Source of the DNA: Phoronis australis
Lineage: Eukaryota > Animalia > Phoronida
Assembly (NCBI GenBank): GCA_002633005.1
Contig: NMRA01000218.1
Coordinates: 329,113 to 393,112 of the forward strand
DNA: 64,000 bases
Direction of reading: 5' to 3'
The notes beneath the pieces were generated by a model. The model saw only the letters and a list, made by a program, of their open reading frames with translations, was not told where the DNA came from and searched no databases. Both the position numbers and the translations under genes were made by a program. Shown here one piece after another: positions 53,480 through 64,000 of this stretch (its first letter is position 1; each line of letters starts with the position of its first letter).

Positions 53480-53780
53480 TTCCAATGCGCCAGTTGCCTG
53501 GGTGCACCATAGTGCTTCCAATGCACCAGTTGCCTAGGTGCGCCATAGGGTTTCCAACAGATTTGCCAGCAGCGCCACTTACGGCCGTTGTAACTTTTAC
53601 GAAGACAGGTCTACTGTCTATCCCACGCCGAGTAAGCTCAGACTTTGTGTACACAGGACCTCTCATTTATAGTTCTAAGCTTACACTAGTAGCATCATAG
53701 GTTATATCTGGTCAGAGTTGTCTCCACATGTTACCACGTGCGTCTGATCAGAGTTGTCTCCACATGTTACCGCGTGCGTG
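53480..53780. repeat. Two local tandem duplications (~36 bp x2 each)
   Basis: TTCCAATGCRCCAGTTGCCTRGGTGCRCCATAG occurs twice at 53480-53550. TCAGAGTTGTCTCCACATGTTACCRCGTGCGT occurs twice at 53712-53780. Confidence 0.85.
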
Positions 53781-54159
53781 TAATTTCATTGGAAGAAAGC
53801 ACGATGTTATCTTATAATATCGGGAATCAGAATCAATGTTTTTGATAACTGGTCTTCACTTGTGCTACTTTCTTTACCGTTGTTTTCTTAATTTTTATTT
53901 AATGCGGTTCTTATAATCGAACTATTTTGGGGCTGATTCACGTTCGAATGCCTTCGATTTCCACATTTTTTGATTGCGATCAGTTCTTTTTTTCAGATAT
54001 TTATTATCGTTGATAAACAAGTACAAAAACAAACTAACAAGTACTGTACATCCATTCATTCACGCATGCACACATCAGAAGAGGCCATTCTCGTATGTAC
54101 ATTGTATCTTGTATGAAGCAAACAACTGACTGCTACATGGAGTTAGCGTGAACAATAAA

Positions 54160-54450
54160 ATTTTCCCATTTCACAGAGAAGCTGTCATACACAAAACTTT
54201 TATAAGCAATTATTTTTAGCAGTACAGTACTCATACATGTAACTATATTTAACAAACGTCCTGAATATTAGGTATATTTTTGTGACATCTCTCCTTGTAA
54301 ATGTACTGTTTGGCTAATAACAGCGAAATGTTAAATAGAAAATCATGTGTCTCATAAAGTCCAAGAATAACACTTTTGTAAAAGAGACATTTGGGAAGCT
54401 GAATGATGCACTTTCGAAGTAGTTTTTCGAATTCCTTCAAAATATCTTGT
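54160..54450 (-). mobile_element. L1/Tx1-clade LINE ORF2 C-terminal fragment
   Basis: SVILGLYETHDFLFNISLLLAKQYIYKERCHKNIP, followed out of frame by E..TAK...FSVKWEN, fits the Tx1/L1 ORF2 tail pattern (ILG...N..LL.AK.YIYK.R...P...E..IA...F..KW). Confidence 0.75.
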
Positions 54451-57400
54451 ACAGGTCAGTTCTTGGTGGGTCGACTCGTGGTCGAACCAGTTTCGCAACC
54501 TGATGATTGCAAGAGCTTGCGATAAACACAAGAGACAATTTCTACGTGTAAGCTAACATTTGGAGGTTTATTTCTCCAACGCCTGAGCCAGGCTGTGACT
54601 AACCCGCCCTAATCCATGCCAAGACTTGGACGATAATACTGTGTCTGGTGATTTGGTAATATATCCAAAGATGCTCCATACATAGCAGAATTAATGAGGA
54701 ATATATGACAACATTATGCAAAGGTTTTAGGTTGTGGAAGTCACACTTCTTGTCTGATTTTCAAAATTCAAAAACCTAATCACACAATCCCCATCCTATT
54801 CAAATTAGCTATTTAAAAACGTCAAAAATAAAAATAAAAATATTAATGTGTTATTGATGGATCTAATTATCTAAATAGTAGCACAAGGCTATGTAGTTAA
54901 CTACAACTTCACGGTGTATTTGATCAATGCCAGCAGATTTCAAGGTACGCAAAGCGGTCAAGTTAACCAATCGTGACCCGTGAGGGAGTAAAGGTAGGAT
55001 TCTTTTCATGGATTCACAAATGAACGCGTGTGGCTTAGCCGCGCTGCTGAAGAAAACCTGTTCGCTAATTTCTCATATAAGGCATCGAAGACGGCTTGCA
55101 TTTACTTTTCTATTTAAAAAACAGTCATGTCTGTCGTTTGCCTTTCGTATTGTTAGTTTTTTTGGCTTTAAAAATACCATGTTAAACAGGGCGCAATTAT
55201 TTCATCCAAGTCCATGAATAACGGCAAGGCCACTTCAATCTGTGACAGCGTCATGAAGTTTTTGATGTGCCGAGGAATTCGCTGGATACTCTGGGGTGAA
55301 CAGTGTACATCTGTACGCTTTTTCGTGCACTTTTGTGCAAATCCGGTAAACGTAAGAGTTGCATAATATCGGTATTGCCCCCACCCGCCGGGTTATAACT
55401 CCAAACTGGAACTAGGACTCCATAATAGTTCGGTTACCAACAGCTGATGAACATCGGCAATTCAAGAAAACGCTTCCCAGTTGATTGTTTTGCTCAAACC
55501 CAAACAATGAATATGATACACGCACACGTGAATTACCTGCAGTTGGTATTTAATGGAAGTGGAATCCTATCACGGTAAGAATTGTTACGAGAAGAACAAG
55601 ATGAAAGTAAAGATCTCATACATTTTTAATGTAGTTGCAGCTTAAGCCTATTTTTGTCAGCTAAAAATGAACAAGCTTTCAGGGACATATTCAAAAATGC
55701 CCTGTTTTGGTATTTTTTCATTTATCTGTAAGCATTGCTCTCATAGACATCCATCTTTGTTTCTTAATTCCCAAACTAAAAGCCAACCATAAACTCCGAA
55801 GAGTTCTGATTACTGGCATTTTAAGACCCTGACGGGCAAGAAGCATTCAATGTTGACGATGTATACGCTGAATGTTACCTGCATAAATAATACACCTGTA
55901 TTCTAGATCATGCAGACGTAAGAAGCAAAAACATAAAATATTCGAGTTTCGAGAAAGACCTTGCGGTTATGGGATCACTGGTGTTTTAGAGTCTCTGAAT
56001 TCTGAACTGAACAAACTACTTACTTGAAAAATCAAACCAACATTCATATCCTGCAAACGTGAAACTTCCTTCCGAACGCATGGAGAACTGGAAGGACAAC
56101 TTCGATCTCGCGAGGCTGAGGTTGCGTCGCGCATGCGTTGGACTTACTTGGGTTCGTCTCTTCCAGTTTTGCTTTTTGCTATGGTATATAGGGCTTAGGG
56201 TAAAATGTTTCTTAAGTACAAACGAAGTAAATTTAGAGCTGTTGTTACCGAAAAACTTCTTTTTAACGCTGCCTAGCAGGTAGTCGTAACGTAACACGAT
56301 GTACGCATTAAATAGTTATTTCAAAAGCTAATGCAATTTCCTTAAAATATGTCCATGTGATGGAGCTCCACCTGAGCTCTAATACGATATCAAAATCATA
56401 TACCTAGGACAAATAATAACAATTATGTTTTTAACGCCAGGCCAATGGTAAAATGTCATTTTCTTTACTGTCAGTAAAACTTTTCGCAACTCGGCCGTTT
56501 TTCAACCGAATACCATACCCACGGGAAACTAGGTCGCAAGCTCATAGAGATGGGTAGATTGGCGTATCCATTGTTCACTTTGTTTTTCTTTTTGTAATAA
56601 AGATATTGTCTAGCATTTATCAGTAGCCGGCTGATATGCTCCCAAGGTACGATATATATGCTACCTGTGTTGTTATAATATCCAACAAAGACGCCCTTGG
56701 ATTGGTTGTCGAAAGTTAAACTTACAATTCTTTGCGACCTTCATACGACGTCATTTGGCATGGGCAAAAGTCATATCATTAGAACGCCCTTTACCAGCTC
56801 TCGATGATGCATTGTTATGTTAAGAGCGGTAAAAAATACGTTATAATAATTATTATCTTTTTTCATTATCTGATAGGTTTAAAAATATTTTCAATTCTAA
56901 AAAGTAAGAGTGAAACCAAAATGCAAAAATAAAAGAGCATAATAAAGAAACCCGTCATGTAATAATTGGCTGATTAATTAACTAATTAGTCAGCTAATTA
57001 AGTGCAATGGCAATTATTTAAGGTAACATAAAACGGAAATGAACCAAGAGGTTAAATGAATGACTAATTAGCCCAGCAGGCAATAAGCTTCAAATATTCA
57101 AAAAATGCTATCCAGTAAAGACAAATGTTTTAGAATATGGATCCCTCACAGTTGCTGTGAAGAATTTAGTAGGGTATTCAACCAAAATTATAATTCTTCT
57201 ATATTAATTGGACTTTTGGTACAAAATGCTGTAAATCCATTAGCTATCGATAATAAGCAGGTACATGTATGCGTCTTCTGGTACATAAATATGGGCAAAC
57301 ATCTACATGACTGTATTGTGTAACTTTTAAATATACATGTACTGTGGATAGCTTATTACACTGGTTGCAGTGTAGGACTTCACATTGAAGACGTATCTTC

Positions 57401-59305
57401 AGAAAATAAAAGTAAGTGATAGCGCGCACGTAGTGTGTTACTATAAACACGAGACATTCGAACACATTTAATCATACGTTATGTTACTAAAGGAAGTAGA
57501 CTCCGGAAATCAACAACATTCCTAAAAAGAAACAGTGTTATTTTGAACACCTGTTGCATAGTTGTAAACATTCGATACTGAAAAACGGGACAACTGGGTT
57601 GAAAAGTGGGACATCTGGATAACAGGCGAGACGTCTGGGTCTATGCCAAAGCGCAAGAGTGAAACGTTCGCCGCAAAACACAAAGACGTCCCAAGAGCGA
57701 TTGTTGTAGAATAGGACATGTAACACCCAAGAGCGCCCAACGACATCTTGTTTAGTCGAATGGGAAATTAAGGGTGCCGCAAAAACTATGAAAATACCCA
57801 ATTTCATTTTGTTTTAGTTGAACTAAAAAATAGCGCCCGTGAAATTACAACAATGCATTTTAATATTTCAATTTCGCCGTGTGTCAAAAAGGGGGCATTT
57901 TTATGGTAAGGCGGGATGGCGGGAAATTTCTCAAAAACCGGAACAGTCCACCGATTAAGAGTGGGGCAATTGGTAAGCACAGTGTACATGTACGCTGTCA
58001 GTAACACAAAGTATTGGATTGGATATTTTTTACACGGTAAACCTTTCAGTTTTTTTAATTTCATTTCACGCGTATAAAGGTAAAGGTAAGTACTACAAGT
58101 AACATTATTGCTCAGAAATCGAATTAACATCAAGCTCTGGACAACAGGTATACGTCGCACAAATGAAATAGTGTTGAAACAACAGAAAAAAGTAATATGT
58201 ACGTACGCGTGCACGCACACACATACACGCTCACGTACAGAATCGTCGACATAAATACACGTTTTCCGAAAGTTTCGTAAACACACCTGTAAGATCTAAA
58301 CTCTTCATTTAGAGTTGCAGAAGAAATATTAGATTTCACATGTCATTTCTTTCCGTATGATACTGCAGCTTGATTTTATCTCCAAAATGCCTAGTTGAAA
58401 AACTCCTGGCATGTACTTTGATAGGATGTCGAAAGTGGTTCTAAAACTGGAGCTGAAAAGATATCAGAGGCCAGACTTTTCCCGGGGTAGACTTTCTTAT
58501 CTTTACTGTTTTGCCAAAACTGAAACGTGCGTATTTATCAAACGGCTTTCTCGTATTTAATGAGGTGAACCTTACTCCCAGGATTACACAGATTTACATA
58601 AAGCGACCCCTGTGTTCAGATTGTGCACTCTACATTTACAACATCATTGGAAATTAAGAACGACTTAAAGGCTAACAATGCACAACATTAATATATTTTG
58701 GGTTGACAAGACATGGATGAAGACAAGCAAGTAGCTAATAGTTACAGAAATCACATTTCCTCTTCCGCTTCAATATTGTCTCAACTGCATTATCACTGCG
58801 GGCACGCAGACAAGATCTTGAGAATATGAGCACGAATTACACTGAGTAGTTCTAACGTACGGGTTTTTCAAGCTGTAGTGTCTGGATCACATAGCTACTT
58901 AAAGCTGCACACCAACCTGTTTAGCTGGCTACTAAGAAACAAAAATTGAAACAGGCCTTCTATTCTCATAAAACAGGATGGGCAATTCTAAAATGGCGAT
59001 TTCAAAAGCAGGTGCAGTGGTAACAGGAACAGAATCCTATGGCAGTAAAGGTTTGAATATTACGAGACCGATTTGATGAGTCTAAAATGCAGAATCCGAT
59101 TTTTGTTTTTTTTTTAACCAGCTACATGTAAACAGGGCAATGTACTGCTTAAAAATATAAATAATCATGGATTTATTAGTCGACAAATACATACCAAGTG
59201 GAAATTTCATTCTAAAAAGCATTTTAATTAAAATTCTGTTAAAGTGTCATCTATTATGATTTTGTAATTGTAGAAGGTCCAATTCGATTTTCGTTTTCTG
59301 GCCAG

Positions 59306-59428
59306 ATAAACTGGGCAGGTAAACTGACCAAGTAAACTGGGCAGGCAAACTGGGCAGGTAAACTGGTCAGGTACATGTAAACTGGCCAGGCATACTGGCC
59401 AGGTAAACTGGTCTGGTAAACTGGGCCA
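59306..59428. repeat. Minisatellite, ~13-bp unit
   Basis: About 9 TAAACTGGGCAGG-like units. One unit carries a CATGTA insertion at 59372-59379. Confidence 0.9.
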
Positions 59429-61082
59429 AACGCAACTGATGTGGGGTATCACGCACTTCTGATATCTATTGACGTGTTGTCGGAGCGCACGAAGATATGC
59501 CAAGATTACATACATTTACACCCCTTTCCAACTGAAGACTTTCCGAAAATAGGCACATGGGCGGATACTCAGAAAACGACCTTCTTAAAACGCCAAATGA
59601 ATCTGAATATACGCCAGGCAATTTTCGGAAATGGGGAGCATATTTTCGGAAACTGTGTCGAACATTTTGTGATGCAGTTTTAAAGCAAATGATTATCATT
59701 AATTATTCACACAAGGCCTTTACGTAAATGTTGTTAGTCATTAAACTAAACGGAATGCTTGTTTTTAGTTATAAAGAAACAATTCAAAAAAAATCTTTTA
59801 CGTGTGCAGCAAACATTTTCTGTGCAGTTTTTTAAACCAACATTAATTGTGAAGTTATGCCCTGGCGTTCCATTTTAAAGCAAACGTCCTTTTAATATAT
59901 AAAGTTGTATCTCACTAGAAAGAAATTCATATTTATTTCGCATTCAGCAAACACCTTGTGTTAAAACTGTCATTCATGCTGTGCTGGTTACCAAGGTAGT
60001 CAAACAATATATCGTTAGTGATAATCGCTTGAGTGAAATCGTAATCCCGAAATATAAGGTCTAGCCAAAATAAACAAAACTTTACAACTACATACAGTAC
60101 GCATTTGAGAACAATCCAACAGATTTTCAAAACATGCAAAACAGTTACCGAACGCTCATGGGCGTACTTTTGGGTGTTTTTTTTTTCGGAAATTTGCACT
60201 ACAAAATGCATGCGTTCTGAGTACTTACATGTACATATAGCATAAGGCAAAACATTGTAAAAACACCGAACGTTGACTGTTGGACTAGCTTACTTGTCTC
60301 GAGCGTAAATTTTTCCAATAACATTGAGTATCTACATTCAATTGATTCCTCTCTTATGACAGTTCGTCTGCGTATATTTTGAATTTCCCTGGATATTACA
60401 GTTATAAGGGGCGCGTCTGTCGTAACTCCGTACCACTGGACACATCAGTCTTTTCTGGCGAACGTGTTTTTATTCAGTAAACGATGTTACCACGTGACGC
60501 AAGACACGATATCTAGAAAAAGCAGAAGAAAAAGCCAACTCTTCCGAGAGGCAGTTTATTTTTATTGCCAGAAACCACTCGAATTGTAATTTGAAAAAAT
60601 TGGAAAGCGCTCATATTTTAATGCTATAATACATGTACGCTCTACAATAGCTGTTCAGCTTAACTTGTCCTCAAGACCTAATTGACTATCTCAGAATTAC
60701 AAGACCTTTCCCGGAAAATTCCTGAGAGAATTTTTACCTAATGTTTTTGACAGGTAGAAAAATCATCGATAATCGTGCCAAACCGTTTGCGAATTTCCTG
60801 GAACTTATTCTTTTTGAAGAATTTGCGTGAGCTTCCGAGTAATTCACGATTATTGATACACTGAATTTTGTATCCATCCAATGACTATATCTATGATATT
60901 CTCATATATAAACCCTGGACACGTGATCCACTGCAAACTTAAAGGAACATTTTTGGTTTTACTACTGAAAGACGATTTGGGTATTATCGTGGGATGGGAA
61001 AGACTTTTTGGAGTTTTGTCTGCCAGACATTCACTGAACTCCATACCGATGACATCCCCACTTAAAAAACTAGTGAGGGCTC

Positions 61083-61369
61083 CATGCGGGCACCCACCCT
61101 GAAAAATGGAGGGACTCGAATGTTTGATAATGTGGATTTTTTAGTAAGATTCACGGGGTACGTTCAGAGCAATGAATAGTGTATTCGCCGAATTTTGGTT
61201 GTTCCTGTCTTTTTAGTGGACTTTTGTCTCGTTTTCTACTTTTTTTTTAATTTTGGTTTCTCTGAGGCAGACCTTATTGCCCACTTCGCCAAATGTGCGC
61301 CTCATTCGAACTGTTGAGCCCACTCCGAGCCCCCCCCCCCCCCNCCCCCCCCCCCCCGGTGCGCGCATG
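61083..61369 (-). mobile_element. CATGCGCG-terminal G-rich MITE with 5-bp TSD
   Basis: CATGCGGGCAC...GTGCGCGCATG with TSD GGCTC at 61078-61082 and 61370-61374. Confidence 0.92.
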
Positions 61370-64000
61370 GGCTCAACTCCGAGATAGTTTTCGGTTACGG
61401 CGGGATTCCGGGTTCGATTCTTTTCTTAAGCGATCTCGAAAAATTATTTTTCCCCGATAGTGTCCCTCTAATGTTTCGTATATACAAAATTTACCGAGGT
61501 AGTAATACAACGAATGTTTTAGTATGTAGATGCATCTCGTCGATACGTTTCCTCTTCCCGTTAATTTCCAGACATCAATAATGACAGAGCTCTCGCATGA
61601 AAACAATCTTTCTACCCCAAATTGCATGAGACACTCAAAAGTTAGCAGCGATTAAAAGCCTTTTTTTCTCGAAGCATCGTGGGCATTGCTGCTGTGTGGC
61701 TGTACTGCTGTAGTGTCTCGACTGATCTGTGAAAGCAAAGTCTTGACTTCGAATTGAAAGAATAGTAAAGAGTCCTTCGACCTCACCAGGAGCTGAGAAC
61801 CGTGTGAAGTCAGTCTATTAAAGAAACACACTATTATACATGTGCACTGTGCAGTATCTTGGCACTGCTCAACGTCTTAACTCTAACTTTGACGTAATCA
61901 AATATACCCAATAAGATGTCTTTCACCTTTGATGATGAGATGGTAATGAAAAATTGTTTCGATATACATTTAATGGTAACATTCATTAATAGGGTGCTTT
62001 GCGGCAAAAAATAATCTACGTGAAAAGGCAATAAGCAACGTGTTAGTAGGTGCGCTTTTTATTTGATCAGACAGTAACTAATGATAGTTCTTTTAATAAG
62101 ATATTCGACGACAATCTCCAAGTACCTTTGATGGTGAATCAAAATTCACTAAATAAAAGTCATGCTTGACGTCTCAAATGACGAGCTCCGTGTTCGGTTT
62201 GTAGATTTTTGCATGCCTTTGAGGACACGAGTTTTGGTCACAGGTGACGTTACATGTACTTAACACGAGACAATCGTGAGACATTACATGCGAAAAATAC
62301 TAAATGCAGTTAATATTAATTACAGCAGAGATCTTGGAGATTATGCCATAATCCAACATTCACAACAATCACTTCAGTTGCCGCCATTTTGTTAGCTACG
62401 ACAGTCACGTGGCCTCCAATGGTTTACCAATGGTTTGTAAAACTTGGTAGTTGCTGGGATGATTGGGTGTCTAGATTACGAAGACCATGAAAGAAGTTCG
62501 AACCTGCTGTGATTGAAAGTAAAAGACATTTACCCAGTCTTTGGCCCAATCTTTTACAGCCGTAGTTTTACATAAATCGTCACGAGTTGGAAGCTGACCG
62601 TGTTGAAATAACACTAAAAATTCAGGTTTCCCCGGACACTTCCAACTTCCGATTTTGAAAAAAAAAACTTGACGGCACCTGCTGATCACTTGTTTCTTAG
62701 AATCTATAGGGCTTTGGCACTCAGAAATCCTTGTCTCCTGATTCACTGGGGTAATTTCGATGATTTTTAAAACTTTTTGTAACCGTAAAAGAAGGAATTT
62801 GTAATCAGTTTCTATTGATGTTGTAAACAATGCCCTGGCCCAACATGCTCTTCGTATTAAGTTTCGTGCAACTTGTGATCTATAGAACCTGTGTAGACAT
62901 TGTTTCTCAAATTGTTCAGCGTCTCTATATACATGAAGTTATTTTTCCAATTTCAAATTAGCGCAAGTATTCAACCTCATTGTGTTTCACATTTTCGTTT
63001 GCAGTCCACACTGGTTGGATCTAGAATGTTGTCGATACATCAGAATTATGTTGGCTTCATAAGAACAGCTTTGATATTATAGTGCTTGCAATCATGAACA
63101 CAACTTTACCGCCCCATGTAACTTTATCCGACCGTTCATCCGATTCTCGTTTCACATCAAGTTAACACACAATAGTTATTTTAGCCATAACCAAGTTTCC
63201 TTCCAGCATTAAACATTGGCAACTCGGATGGGTAGGACGTTTTTGAGACTTGCAATGAATGTGAAAGTTACAATTGTGATTTATTGATATTGAACCTGTT
63301 TTCACTGAAAAAATCGACCATTTGACTGATTTTTCTCAGTCGTAGTTTTCTAAAACTTTTACTTGCTGCAGGAAATTTGTTTACCTTTTCAAACACTTCA
63401 GAATTGTAAAAATCAATTTGATCGATAACTAGTCACTTTTTGAGCCTGGATGATATACATGTAGGCAGTCGGAGAGCAAGCATTGTGTTGGTTGGCTGGG
63501 AATGACGAGTTGAAAGCTTGCATTTTTGTGTACGTTCTTCTCTTTTTTGATGAAGTAGGTTGAATTTGCGGTAGTTGTAAAAGAGGGAAATTAGGTTTTG
63601 CAATCTGTTTATGTAAGGTTTTCGAGCATACTTTTCTCTATAACCTGTAGACGACAGGAAGACATGGTGTAGCTGTTTGATCTTGGATTTTAATGCCGAA
63701 ACCATCAAAAGATGCTTAGTGACACCTAAGGTATCGGGCTTAATTGATAAAAACTTGACTTCCAGTCATGTTAGTTTTGCGTTGTCTTGCGTGACCTCTC
63801 CTATTTCGCAAGATAGTTGCTCAACTGCACGCTTCCCAGAAAGGTGTGCATATCCGCGCATGCGATGTTGTCTGTTCCATGGAGGATTTGTTATGGAGGC
63901 AAAATCGAGAATTGTGATTAGCTGTAGCTGCAAGTTTCTTGTGTAGTAGGGACATTTTCAATTCATTTGCGGCGGGAGAATCGGCTGAAGACCGTAGTCT

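Noticed and set aside
57804-58286. 160-aa minus-strand ORF
   Set aside because: It runs through a CA microsatellite and AT-rich repeat-like DNA, with no motif or coding-like composition.
62379-62422. YY1-like GCCGCCATTTTG plus CACGTG and CCAAT cluster as a promoter
   Set aside because: No associated gene is visible, and AAAATGGCG motifs also occur inside transposon ends in this window.

Overview
This window is AT-rich metazoan genomic DNA, most likely from a marine invertebrate (inferred from the transposon repertoire). It is non-coding or intronic, contains no complete recognisable host gene, and is dense in transposon remnants. Best-supported features: (1) a 1.33-kb TTAA-flanked Kolobok-type element carrying a frameshifted THAP-transposase 5' part, whose two ends are both copies of the 5' end; (2) two inverted copies of a ~2.1-kb TTAA-type non-autonomous element; (3) two inverted copies of a 580-bp element with perfect 10-bp target-site duplications (TSDs); (4) two G-rich MITE families with 5-bp TSDs; (5) a Penelope-like GIY-YIG 3' end followed by a variant minimal hammerhead ribozyme; (6) an L1/Tx1 ORF2 fragment, tRNA-derived SINE heads and several minisatellites. 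The most striking window-wide signal is about 48 copies of TACATGTA (hand count). Comparisons between repeat copies show it arises as a CATGTA insertion at TA sites, which matches a Tc1/mariner-type excision footprint. Most ORFs in the supplied track are spurious.
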